A stretch of DNA of 64,000 nucleotides from the NCBI GenBank assembly GCA_000091205.1, contig AP006495.2; one strand, 5' to 3'. The notes under the pieces are model-generated. The model did not search any database. It saw nothing but the letters and a program-made list of their open reading frames with translations, and was not told the origin of the DNA. This document shows positions 9,394 to 19,765 of this stretch, one piece after another (positions within the stretch are counted from its first letter, which is position 1; each line of letters opens with the position of its first letter). A program made the translations under genes and the position numbers. Origin of the DNA: Cyanidioschyzon merolae (Eukaryota).

Positions 9394-11142
9394 TTAGTCC
9401 GGGGGATACTTTTGAAGAAACTCCTCGTGATGAGCCCGAAGCAGCGCGATGACGGGTTCGAGCTTTTCCTCCGGAGGCAAAATAGTCGTCCGCAGGTAAA
9501 ACCGACACGAACCGTTCGGGACACTGGATGTTGGTTCATTGGAATGCATGCCGAACCCTGCGCCCGGCACCACACAGATACCAGTTCGTTCCAAAAGGCT
9601 GACACAGTAAAACGTATCCAGCGGCATATTGGACTTTTGCGCTGCCTGGAGTGCTTTCGTGCCCACAGTGATGCTCGGAAAGGCGTACATGGCGCCCTCA
9701 CTAGGGTTGCATTGCACACCGCGCATACTCTTAAATGCCTCTACAACGCGATGCGCACGTCGCCGCAAACTTTCATAACGCTCAAGTTTCTCTTTCTGGT
9801 AGAGCTCATATGATGGTTGGCCCGGCTCCGGCGGGCGCACCACACAGTCGATCATGACCTGTCCGCCGAGGTTTGGGCAGAGCATGATACTAGCGAGTTT
9901 CAGGAGTTGTTCACGTGCCTCGTTTGTAACGCCCGGTGATAACAGCATGTAGCCGCCGCGGCGACCACACTCTCCGACAAGCCCTTTGCTGGCGGAGTAG
10001 AGCGACACGAGTTCCAGCGACTCCTGGACCTCCTCCGGCATACTCGAATGCAGCACTCTTCGAAACGACTCGAATTTCCGACCATCCAAGTACACGTTGT
10101 CTGCATAGACCTCATCAGCCAGGAGTAGGAGTCCCTCTCGATACGCAAAATCCATCAGTTCTCGCATGTTCGCCGGATGAAGCAATTGTCCGGTAGGATT
10201 CCCCGGTGAGATGACGACCAGGGCGCGCGCTTCGATGCCACGGGAGCGTGCCTGTCGAACCTGTTCCGTTAGCTCCGTGACTTGAATAGACCAATTCTGC
10301 TCCTGAACGAGATGGTAGTGTAGCGCTTCGATCCCTAGGACTGTGCAAAGCGCCGAGTAAATCGGATACTGTGGCACTGGAATCAGCACACCCGGTCGCA
10401 TGGAACGTGTTTCGCGTCCATGCGATACGCCGTTGGTACCGTCCGCGCTGAGCGCTGCGTCGGAACCGCTCAACAGCGCCATGAGCATGAGGATCGCGCT
10501 CGATGAACCATTTGTCAAAAACACATCCTTCACTCGAGCTGCAAATTCGGAGTCCTCGTGAATGCCGTCCCGCTTGTTCATGAACTCTGCCACATCTTGT
10601 CGAATGATCGGCACTCCCTGGGAGTCCGAGTACGCTCCCGTACCGCCGAGTCCAGCGGAGCGTAGGATTCGTTCCGTCGCTTCGCGCACGTCGGCGGGGA
10701 ACAGTTTTTCACGCTCCTTCTCCGGGAGTGCCGCTGCCAAGTCCGGACAGTCGCACAGTGCCATGACCCGCCGGTGGTAAGTGAATGGCGGGTTCCCAAG
10801 TGCCTGTGGATTTCCGATGTTGCAGTAAATTATTTCCTTAAACGGCAGTGCGGCAGCTTCTGGTCCTCCTTTTTCTAGAGTCTGTTGCAGTCGCGCAGCG
10901 CGAGTGGGCAATTCACCACGCACAGCGTACTGCGCCGCTACCACGCGCTGGTTTATGGTTCGCAAGTCGAGCGCTTTTCGCCGGCGCGTCCCGTCGGCTT
11001 CGTGCGGCATCCCTGCGCTTACACCGTGGCTCCTATTCCTTCGCCCTATACGGAGATAACTGAAATTGAGCAGCCCAAACGTTCTACGCCCTACCCGACC
11101 CGCCAACACGTGTTGCATCCACGGTGAATGTGCCACCAGCAC
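9394..11142 (-). CDS. alanine aminotransferase family (AlaAT / glutamate:glyoxylate aminotransferase-like), PLP-dependent, with ~60-aa N-terminal extension
   Basis: INQRVVAAQYAVRGE, IYCNIGNPQALG, and SASKGLVGECGRRGGYMLL with the catalytic Lys are typical of the AlaAT subfamily of class I aminotransferases. The N-terminus is Arg-rich and may be a targeting peptide. Confidence 0.85.
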   Translation of the reverse strand: MLVAHSPWMQHVLAGRVGRRTFGLLNFSYLRIGRRNRSHGVSAGMPHEADGTRRRKALDLRTINQRVVAAQYAVRGELPTRAARLQQTLEKGGPEAAALPFKEIIYCNIGNPQALGNPPFTYHRRVMALCDCPDLAAALPEKEREKLFPADVREATERILRSAGLGGTGAYSDSQGVPIIRQDVAEFMNKRDGIHEDSEFAARVKDVFLTNGSSSAILMLMALLSGSDAALSADGTNGVSHGRETRSMRPGVLIPVPQYPIYSALCTVLGIEALHYHLVQEQNWSIQVTELTEQVRQARSRGIEARALVVISPGNPTGQLLHPANMRELMDFAYREGLLLLADEVYADNVYLDGRKFESFRRVLHSSMPEEVQESLELVSLYSASKGLVGECGRRGGYMLLSPGVTNEAREQLLKLASIMLCPNLGGQVMIDCVVRPPEPGQPSYELYQKEKLERYESLRRRAHRVVEAFKSMRGVQCNPSEGAMYAFPSITVGTKALQAAQKSNMPLDTFYCVSLLERTGICVVPGAGFGMHSNEPTSSVPNGSCRFYLRTTILPPEEKLEPVIALLRAHHEEFLQKYPPD

Positions 11143-11792
11143 AGAGAGACACGTTCGCCTCTGCGTCTTTTCGAGGCGACCACTCTACCGTATCACCACT
11201 GTAACAAGCTGCTGCGCCCCGGGTGCTTGGTCCGTGCGTCCCCAGACGAAACCGTATTCGCTTCGAGCAAATCACGGGCGTTTCGCGTCGTCGATCAAAA
11301 ACACCACCAGTCATCACGTAAGTGTCGCTGATGCGACGACGCTCGAGCGCTGCGGAGATTGCGCCGGCGCCGGCGCCTCGCCCGCTTTTAGGGATAGCAT
11401 CAACATGCTCGAGCCGGCGTCCTCTGGCGAAGCGGCAACGCCGCTTTCTTTCCGAGTTGCGACTTCAGCGGCGCTAGAGGCGCTACTGCAGCGGACGTTC
11501 ACGACGTGCACTCGGCGCACAGTCGAACGAGAAACATAAACGGTACCCCCGAGGGAAACTATCGGTCGTGGAACTCTGAGGAAGAGCGTACAAGGATGGA
11601 AACTTCACTGCGCGCTGAGAACAAGCGTGCAATCGGGGATCGTTGGTCTGTGTAACTGCTATGTCAAGCAGAAGAAATCGTCGACACGGAGCAGCGTTCA
11701 GCAGCACACGCGAGCGGATGCATGAAGCGTGGCTCTTTGCCATGCTGGCGATGATGGCAGATGTATCAGCAAATCGCAGTGCACGCACATCC

Positions 11793-12215
11793 GAATACAA
11801 TCATGCATAAACGTGTGAATTCTAGTATACATTCTCGTAAGAATACAATCATGCATAAACATGTGAATTCTAGGATACATTCTCGTACGAATACGATCAT
11901 GCATAAACGTGTGAATTCTAGTATACATTCTCGTAAGAATACGATCATCCATAAACGTGTGAATTCTAGTATACATTCTCGTACGAATACAATCATGCAT
12001 AAACGTGTGAATTCTAGTATACATTCTTGTACGAATACAATCATGCATAAACGTGTGAATTCTAGTATACATTCTCGTACGAATACGATCATGCATAAAC
12101 ATGTGAATTCGAGCATACATTCTCGTAAGAATATAATCATCCATAAACGTGTGAATTCGAGCATACATTCTCGTAAGAATATAATCATCCATAAACGTGT
12201 GAATTCGAGCATTCG
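11793..12215. repeat. 48-bp tandem repeat x~8.8 (AT-richer minisatellite) in divergent promoter region
   Basis: Unit gaatacaatcatgcataaacgtgtgaattctagtatacattctcgtaa begins at 11793, 11841, 11889 and so on. Each unit carries GAATTC and CATGCATAAAC. The array lies between the 5' ends of the aminotransferase (-) and the PLGG1-like gene (+). Confidence 0.9.
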
Positions 12216-12295
12216 TGCACGCAGGCTCCATCCGATGCGCACACAGAATGGTATCCGTAGATGTTTCTACGACGTGCCTGTAGCTGGACGTAAGT

Positions 12296-14143
12296 GTGCG
12301 CTGTTTTACGCTCCGTGGCCATCGTTGCACTATGACATTGGGAACGGGCTTTGTGTGTCCTAGTGTCCACGGTGCGGAGCGGGTGTCGGTCCAGTATGGA
12401 CGGGGTTTGCTGGTCGGGACAACTTGCCGGCTGTGGCAAGGGCACTGGCGTGGGATCGGTCAAAGAGCTCGTTTCAATTCAAACAAACTTTCGGACTTAA
12501 GGGACTTGGGACGTTTTCGGAGACGTTTTTTCGATGAATTTGGGACACCGCAACGAAGAACACTCGTAGCGAGCGCGACAGACAAGTCACCAGTGGTGCG
12601 TGTCGGTTGGGTGTACTCTCGCGGTGGGCAGACTCCACGTGCCTGGCTTGGTGTTCTTGCACTTTTTCTTGGAGATCGTGGCTTTCGCTGGTTATTCAGC
12701 GTACTGAGGATTCGCTTCCCAAGTTCTTTAGCGGGAATGTTGTTTCTGTTTCTGCTGTTACTTTTGACGGAGAACAGAGCGTGGCCAACTGGTTTGCCGC
12801 CATCGCCGAACCAAGTCGCAGCAGCGTCTGTCGAACCCGAACGCCTCTCCATTGCAGACAACATCGTCCTCCTAGTCTCGCCTGGGCTCGGACTGGTCAC
12901 CCGATGGTTGGCGATCTTCTTCGTGCCTAACTTGATCATGCTGCCTCATGCTGATGCGCCACATGGGTCCGCGCTACTTCGGCTTGTGCTCGCACTATGC
13001 GTCGGTCTTATCTTTAGTCTGGTAAGCTCCCTCATCTTTGTATCGATACTTGCGTGGGTGTCAGATCAGAGGCGCGGAGCCACGAAGAATCGACGACCCA
13101 CACACGACCAGCCCTTGGTAGAGAAAGTGCAGGACGGGAACACGAGACCGGAACGATCCTCCAAACTTTCTCGTCCAGAATCTCCTGGTCTGCGTACGGG
13201 GAATCCTGCCTCAAGCGGACCACGCTTTGCTTTAATCGGCTTGTGGGGTCTCGTCTGGATCGTCTCAGCTGTATGCTGGATTACGGGAGCGGGTGCGAGC
13301 GCCGACTTTCGAGCGCTTGCGCTTTGGTTGCATCAGCTTTCTTCGACGGTTGTCGGGTTCAGCTTGGGTCAACGCTTGCCGTCAAGATTTCAAAAAGTTC
13401 TACACCCGCTGGTGAGCTGCGTCGTTTTTACATACTTTTCGCTGTGGATGCTTGCGTGCGGTACCGGAAGCGCATGGAGCGAGCTCTTGCTTCTGTACAT
13501 GCGTCGACCCGGGAAGAAATGGCCACCGGCGGTGACCGGCAATCTCAGCGCGATTGCACGAAGCACTGTTTTTGCGCTAGGTGGCCCAGGGAATCTGCTC
13601 TTGAGCTTCCTGGGGCCTGCCGTGCTCTCATTCGCCTTCCAAATGTACCAGAGGCGGACGATCATTCGAGCGAACGGAATCCAAGTGATAGGCGGCTGCC
13701 TGATGGCGGCCTTTTTCGGGATGCTGGGCTCTGCAGCGCTTGCTCGTCTATTCTGTTTGCCGGCATCGTTGCGCTTGGTCTTTGCCCCGCGTTCGATTAC
13801 AGCACCGTTAGCGATAGGCATCGCAGACATTCTGGAGACAGATGCCACATTGACGGCCACCGTTGTAGTCATTACAGGCCTTCTTGGCGCTAATTTTGGG
13901 AGGCTCTGTCTCGATATTTTACGTCCCGTGTTACCGAGTGCTTCATCACCAGTCGCTCGTGGGCTTGCAATGGGCGCGTCTGCCCATGGCCTCGGAACGG
14001 CTGCCATTAGCGAGGAGCCGGATGCTTTTCCGTTTTCGGCCATTGCAATGGCCTTGGTCGGTACGCTTAGCGCGTTGATGGTGACGCTACCACCTTTTAG
14101 AGCGCTTCTGAGCATGGTTGCGGGCACGACTCTAGGCCGCTAG
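12296..14143 (+). CDS. PLGG1: LrgA/LrgB-family membrane protein, plastidal glycolate/glycerate translocator (PLGG1)-like
   Basis: C-terminal LrgB-like region PASLRLVFAPRSITAPLAIGIADILETDATLTATVVVITGLLGANFG...ARGLAMGASAHGLGTAAISEEPDAFPFSAIAMALVGTLSAL, preceded by an LrgA-like hydrophobic region. The start codon is uncertain; the first ~100 codons may be non-coding. Confidence 0.7.
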   Translation: MRCFTLRGHRCTMTLGTGFVCPSVHGAERVSVQYGRGLLVGTTCRLWQGHWRGIGQRARFNSNKLSDLRDLGRFRRRFFDEFGTPQRRTLVASATDKSPVVRVGWVYSRGGQTPRAWLGVLALFLGDRGFRWLFSVLRIRFPSSLAGMLFLFLLLLLTENRAWPTGLPPSPNQVAAASVEPERLSIADNIVLLVSPGLGLVTRWLAIFFVPNLIMLPHADAPHGSALLRLVLALCVGLIFSLVSSLIFVSILAWVSDQRRGATKNRRPTHDQPLVEKVQDGNTRPERSSKLSRPESPGLRTGNPASSGPRFALIGLWGLVWIVSAVCWITGAGASADFRALALWLHQLSSTVVGFSLGQRLPSRFQKVLHPLVSCVVFTYFSLWMLACGTGSAWSELLLLYMRRPGKKWPPAVTGNLSAIARSTVFALGGPGNLLLSFLGPAVLSFAFQMYQRRTIIRANGIQVIGGCLMAAFFGMLGSAALARLFCLPASLRLVFAPRSITAPLAIGIADILETDATLTATVVVITGLLGANFGRLCLDILRPVLPSASSPVARGLAMGASAHGLGTAAISEEPDAFPFSAIAMALVGTLSALMVTLPPFRALLSMVAGTTLGR

Positions 14144-14241
14144 GTAAATCGGAGCGCATGTCTCCTTTTTTCTCCCGTGGATGCGATTTGGGTGCAGGGT
14201 AAGTTACATCTATACGCGTGATAGTTGCGAAGAGGTAATCT

Positions 14242-14838
14242 TCATGTGGCAGGCAGCTCCTCATAGACAACCACCTTTGGCGAGCGGCAAACCAAGCTAG
14301 AATTGCACATGATGCATTCAGTCAAGCTGCCTGGAGCAGAGCACCTCGTGGTGTCAGCCAAACGCACAGGACGGTTGGTGATTGTCCCATCGGCAATCAC
14401 AGCGGTGCATGCTTGACTTGTGCGTTGCTCGTGTGCGCTTGGTCGCTCGCCGACATGCTGCATCCTGCACTCCTCAATGTAATCCGAAAGCGAAAAAGTA
14501 AGGCCTGTGAAAGTCATGTGTTTTTCCACAAAACGTTCCATGAACTGCTCTAGCAGCTGTTCGAACGCGGAAGGTTCAAAAGTCTCGGGTCCGTTGGAGG
14601 CGAGACGAACGCACGCCCTTGTTTCCAACTCCGCAACTGGTCGCCTTCTCATTGCCCCTTTTTCATGCACGGCAAACGCACCAGACGCGGTTTTGGCTCT
14701 GGTGCGGTTCTCAGGGAATCTCCGCAAGTAATAAACCGCAATACCACGGTGCGCGATGGTTGTGGAAACACCTGCACGGCCCGGAGTCCCCAATTCCAGG
14801 AGCCCAGCTTCGCACACACTGCTGACGGATGGGAGCAC
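14242..14838 (-). CDS. hypothetical protein
   Basis: 198-aa ORF tail-to-tail with the PLGG1-like gene. No confident family assignment. Confidence 0.3.
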   Translation of the reverse strand: MLPSVSSVCEAGLLELGTPGRAGVSTTIAHRGIAVYYLRRFPENRTRAKTASGAFAVHEKGAMRRRPVAELETRACVRLASNGPETFEPSAFEQLLEQFMERFVEKHMTFTGLTFSLSDYIEECRMQHVGERPSAHEQRTSQACTAVIADGTITNRPVRLADTTRCSAPGSLTECIMCNSSLVCRSPKVVVYEELPAT

Positions 14839-16651
14839 GTCACCGCGGTCGGTGTTGAGGTTGCACCGCTGTCTCGCTCTGGCGATTTACAGCGGAAAGA
14901 AGCGACCTTGCCACGGATACACTGGGCCGGGCCGCTGCGAGCCGGGCATCTGTCTCTAGCGTAACTACGGGCATTGTCGCCTAGGCGCTACAGGTGAGCA
15001 ATGACCGGCGAAAACAACGATACGACATGCCTGTGTAGTTTTCGCAACCCGAATAACATCATTCGCGAAATGCTCGGGGGAATGTACCTGTTCAAAGAGA
15101 CGAGCGCAACCGTTTCACCTCAATGTGCATGCTCCCTCCGAATCGTTTCGCTGTGCAGGCACCCCATCCTCGCACAGGGACCTGACGCTATCGCATGCAT
15201 AGCCAGAGCATCGCAAGAGCGAACTTGTATGTATGCGGGAAAATCTGGCTTGTGGCCGATGTCCTCTGAACTGATGGTGCGGCATGATGAACCCTTGCCC
15301 GGATGCCGATAACAATTGCGCAATCAGGAATCCATCTGTTCGAGTCATGGATGCTACACCCTCACGCAAGGATTGCACGGATGGCGATACCGCGTGGCAA
15401 TACCGCATGGATAGTGGAATTAGAAGGTGCGTACGTGGCACGATCGCTGCTTTTCCAACCTGTGCAATTCGAAAGGAGCAATCCGTGATCATCGTCACCA
15501 AACAGCATGCAAGAAGAAGTATGGGTTACGGAACTTGGAAATAGAACCTGGGGCATGCTGCATGCTTCGCTGCGCGCCGAAATCAAGCGCCCAGTCAGGT
15601 ACACTGGCCTTTGGGTCAACGTTTCACCAAATAGGAAAAAGTGCAACAAAGCACCCGTGCGTTCCTGCAAGGGATCGCGCAGCACCCGCACTGCAGCGCA
15701 GCGATCCCCCCCGCCGGCGTCATCACCGTCGCTGCGGCATGCGCGCCGCCTCGACGCGGACGCGACGGTGATGCACATGACACATCGAGAGTGGAGCGCT
15801 GCGAAAGTTGCAACACATATCACAACCTCGGGAGCGCTCTTGAACACTGTTACCGCTGCCTTTGAAGTATGTTTGTCACGTCTTTCTTCGGATGCACTAG
15901 CAGTTTACTGGTCGACGGCGGGAAAAGTGCTTGTGCCCAATGCCCGTCGAGCCTGCAAACGCTTCGAATGTCGAAGCACCCGATCCCGAAGGCAACGAAA
16001 AAGCACGTGAAACGGCGGCCGCGAAAGTCCAGCCCAAGTGACAGAAACCGGACGCCTCCAAAGTACGCACTATATGACGTAGTGCCGCCTGAAGAGTATA
16101 CGATAGTTGCGGGTGGAGGGAGCATCCCACCAGAGTTCTTAGCGAAAATCGGTTCACGCAGCAAACGGCGACAAGAGTCTCGAAGCGAGAGGGACAGAAG
16201 CGCTGACGACGCTGATGACGAGACAATGGCGACCGCAACTGAACTGCTTCGTGCGGATGTTGACTAGTTGAAACGCCACGACGTCGAGTGTAGTCGGACG
16301 GTTTCTGCGTATCGAAAGACTTGTCGAGGTCGTAACCAGCTCGGTGTTACACGAAACAAGGCGGTATACATGCAGACTGACCTGTTTACAAGGAAAGCGA
16401 CACTGCAATGGTGAACGTGATGATTCCCTACAAGATGTTGCGTTCAGTCATGGTGCCTTACGGTGTGCGCTGTTCCCGCGCCTGTAGTGCCATGGGGGTA
16501 AACATAGCTTTTGCGCAGAAAGATTCGCGTCATTATGCCAGGAACACCAGCAGTGCTTTCGTTTTGCGAGTAAAACCACGCCGATGAGCCCGTGTCTATG
16601 TAAAACTAGGATACGCACGGTCTACAACGTGTATCACGACGCATAGCGCCG

Positions 16652-18655
16652 GTGCGGATGCCGCTCACGAAACGCTCTGCCAGGAAGTGGAATTACGGGC
16701 ACGTATCTGTAGCGAAAGAGCAGTCTCTGACATTAAACAAGCCAGGTTCTATTCGACATCGTACGTTTGATAAGCTAAGCGAGTTTCATCTGGGATGGTT
16801 ATCGAGGAGCTCACGGCAAACAAAGCAGAATGCCGCCCGACACCAGCCCGACGCCGCTGCGAAGCGAGATCGCGCCTGCGCAGCGGCGGACGTGGTCGCG
16901 TCGCCAAAACACATTGCGCGCCTCTGGCTGGTGGCTTGCAGAGCGCTCGTACCAGGGGAGGCGGGCAGTCACCCAATGGAGGAGTATCGGTTGCCAGACG
17001 TCAGTTTAGTTGTAGAGAGCATTCATTCTAATGAGAAAAAAACGCACGAAGTGGAACTCTATGCAAACTGGAAAGCTAGCACGGAGCCACCGAACGTGGG
17101 GCGCGTGCTGGTCGTGCCGTCAGCACGCTGCCCGTACCGCCTCTTCGATCCGAACATGTACCACACGGCGGTTTGTGCTACTCGTATCACGTTCGCCGAC
17201 GGGGTCAACGGAAAACTGTACTATCGTGGCTACGATGTCGAAGATCTGGTACGCCGAACAGCTGATCCACGCAAGCCTACCGCCACGTTCGAAGAAGTGG
17301 CTTTCCTGCTTATCAACGGCGAACTTCCGGACAGAGACGCGCTCTCGACATGGAAAGAGCTGCTTCTGTCTCACACGTTCCTTCACGAGGATATCCTAGC
17401 ACAGCTTCGAACGTTACGACACGATGCACCGCCCATGGGATGCCTCATCGCAGCGGTGAGCGCCCTGAGCACCTTCCACCCGGAAGCGAATCCCGCCCTC
17501 CGTGGTAGCCAGCTCTATCGCAACGATGAGAAAGCACGGAACAAACAAGTCTACCGCCTTCTGGGGAAAGTAGCAACGATCGCTGCGTGCGTCTGGCGTG
17601 TGCGAATCGGGCGCCAATTCATCCCGCCGCTTTCTGGCGAGCAGGTACGCCCCCGGGAGCGCACGGCCGCTCGAGCTCCAACGGATCGGCAACAAGAGCA
17701 GGAGCCCGGCGATGCCCCCATTGGCTACGTCTCTAACTTTTTAACCATGCTCGACGGATGCCAGCCGAATCCGGTCCTCGTAAATATCGTCGAACGAGCC
17801 TGGATCGTGCTCGCCGACGACGGCCTGAACTGTGCCGCTGGGGTGCTTCGCCACGTGGCGAGCTCTGGCGCGGATCCATACGTATGTGTAGCAACTGCCA
17901 TGGCAGCGATCTACGGACAGCGCATCAGCGGTGTCGGAATGGCGGTGATGCGGATGCTTACGGACATGCACGCGTACCTCAGGAGCACGGGTATGTTGGA
18001 TGAGACCCACGAGAAGCAGCTGTCCTGTCTGAATTCGTATTTGCAGGAGCGTTACATTCTCACAAAGCGACGGCTTCAGGGATTTGGGCACGTGAATTAT
18101 AAGAAATACGATCCTCGAGCGCGGGTATTACGCGAGCTGTGTCTCGAGGCAGAGGCTGCTGTCCAGGAGCCGGAGCCTTTGCTGCAAACAGCGCTTCTTC
18201 TAGAAGAGGTGGTCACGAATAACATCTGGTTCACTTCGCGAGGCGTTTGGCCGAACGTCGATCTATATTTGCCATTGCTTCTTCGTATTCTTGGTCTCCC
18301 GCTTGAATTCTACGCGGTTTTCGTAGCAGTACCACGGACGGCTGGCTGGATCGCTCACTGGCTTGAGCAACTTGACGATGCCGACGTACGCATCTATCGA
18401 CCGCGGCAGCTTTACTCGGGCCCGCCGCTGCGCCCCTACGTACCGATGGAGGATCGAGTCGAGGATGTGCTTTCGTCTTTCGCAGAGGACGGGCAGGATG
18501 CAGGCTCCGACCAAGATGATACCGCGCATGTGCTCCGGGATGGAAACGCACGACGGTATGGAGCAAACCGTCAATGCATGCTCAGAGGCCAGAATGTGCT
18601 CAATCGTATGGTTCGTTCTGTTTCCATCTACCGCAGAAGAAGCTATATTGAATGA
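16652..18655 (+). CDS. citrate synthase (bacterial/peroxisomal type II-like) with N-terminal extension, internal insertion and C-terminal acidic tail
   Basis: LYYRGYDVEDLV, GFGHVNYKKYDPRARVL, and PLEFYAVFVAVPRTAGWIAHWLEQL match GltA-type citrate synthase signatures (GFGHRVYKNYDPRA; ARTVGWIAHW). The first ~110 codons may be a targeting sequence or non-coding. Confidence 0.85.
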   Translation: MRMPLTKRSARKWNYGHVSVAKEQSLTLNKPGSIRHRTFDKLSEFHLGWLSRSSRQTKQNAARHQPDAAAKRDRACAAADVVASPKHIARLWLVACRALVPGEAGSHPMEEYRLPDVSLVVESIHSNEKKTHEVELYANWKASTEPPNVGRVLVVPSARCPYRLFDPNMYHTAVCATRITFADGVNGKLYYRGYDVEDLVRRTADPRKPTATFEEVAFLLINGELPDRDALSTWKELLLSHTFLHEDILAQLRTLRHDAPPMGCLIAAVSALSTFHPEANPALRGSQLYRNDEKARNKQVYRLLGKVATIAACVWRVRIGRQFIPPLSGEQVRPRERTAARAPTDRQQEQEPGDAPIGYVSNFLTMLDGCQPNPVLVNIVERAWIVLADDGLNCAAGVLRHVASSGADPYVCVATAMAAIYGQRISGVGMAVMRMLTDMHAYLRSTGMLDETHEKQLSCLNSYLQERYILTKRRLQGFGHVNYKKYDPRARVLRELCLEAEAAVQEPEPLLQTALLLEEVVTNNIWFTSRGVWPNVDLYLPLLLRILGLPLEFYAVFVAVPRTAGWIAHWLEQLDDADVRIYRPRQLYSGPPLRPYVPMEDRVEDVLSSFAEDGQDAGSDQDDTAHVLRDGNARRYGANRQCMLRGQNVLNRMVRSVSIYRRRSYIE

Positions 18656-19450
18656 ACAATTAGCTAGGCGCACGCACGGATGGTTCACAGCGAGCATGCA
18701 ACCCTGTATGGTTGTGGGCCTGATCGCAGCTCGACTGCCGTAGACGTGGAAATCGGTGCTCGGGGGAACGCCTCGGATTGAGTCCCGGCGAACTTGGCTG
18801 CTCCTGGGCAGCGTCAAGGCCTCGAGTTCCGACACCTGTTGCGTATCGATGTGCAGAGCTGCGCGTACGGAGCGCGAGACTCTTCATAAAAGCGCTCGAC
18901 GCATGCGAGTAGGGGCATGTGCGATCGTGCTTGCAGGCGTTGGAAGTATGCATGAAAGCTCCCTGGGAAGCGGATTAGTGAGACTGTCCACCGCATCGGG
19001 GAATGCAGATCTTCGAACCGAATCCAGATTTGCGTCTTCTGTGCTATGATGAAAGCTGGAGGTAGTGTTTCAGAGGCATTGCGTTTTGCCGAGGTACACG
19101 CGGGCTTCCATCTGCACCCTGCTGCCGTGCTGGTGGGAACTGAGGTACCGCACTCGGAAGTCGATGCAGCATCGTCTGGGGCTGGTGTGAATATGCGGCC
19201 TGGGTGCCAGTGCATCAACCTTCTGATGCATAACATGGTTGGCAGCGGAGGTTGCACCGGATTCATTGCTGGACACTGGCGTTTGACATACGCATGTTCG
19301 GGAATTTGGCGCAGGCGCGCATCGATGCAGGTATCAGTCCAATGTACTTGATATACGCATGTTCGGGTATTTGGCACGAGCGTGCACCGATCCGGGTACC
19401 GTTCCGATACGCGTTAACCGAATGCGGCGTTGGGGCGAGCCAAGCGCCTG

Positions 19451-19765
19451 CACTGGAGATGCCTATCAGTTGGCGATGCGGTCGCAAAAGAGCGACGCAG
19501 CTTAAACAATGTGCACTGGAGATGCCTATCAGTAGGCGATGCGGTCGCAAAAGAGCGACGCAGCTTAAACAATGTGCACTGGAGATGCCTATCAGTTGGC
19601 GATGCGGTCGCAAAAGAGCGACGCAGCTTAAACAATGTGCACTGGAGATGCCTATCAGTTGGCGATGCGGTCGCAAAAGAGCGACGCAGCTTAAACAATG
19701 TGCACTGGAGATGCCTATCAGTAGGCGATGCGGTCGCAAAAGAGTGACGCAGCTTAAACAATGTG
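19451..19765. repeat. 63-bp tandem repeat x5
   Basis: Unit cactggagatgcctatcagttggcgatgcggtcgcaaaagagcgacgcagcttaaacaatgtg starts at 19451, 19514, 19577, 19640 and 19703. Copies 2 and 5 carry a T-to-A variant. It produces repeat-derived ORFs on both strands. Confidence 0.9.

Noticed and set aside
11698-12363. ORFs of 158-210 aa on both strands across the 48-bp array (HSRKNTIMHKRVNSS repeats etc.)
   Set aside because: These are translation artefacts of a tandem DNA repeat whose unit length is a multiple of three. There is no start context and repeats occur in all frames.
15869-16267. 132-aa basic ORF (MSKHPIPKATKKHVKRRPRK...)
   Set aside because: It is short, low-complexity and overlaps other equally long frames. 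It could be a real small protein but cannot be supported from sequence alone.
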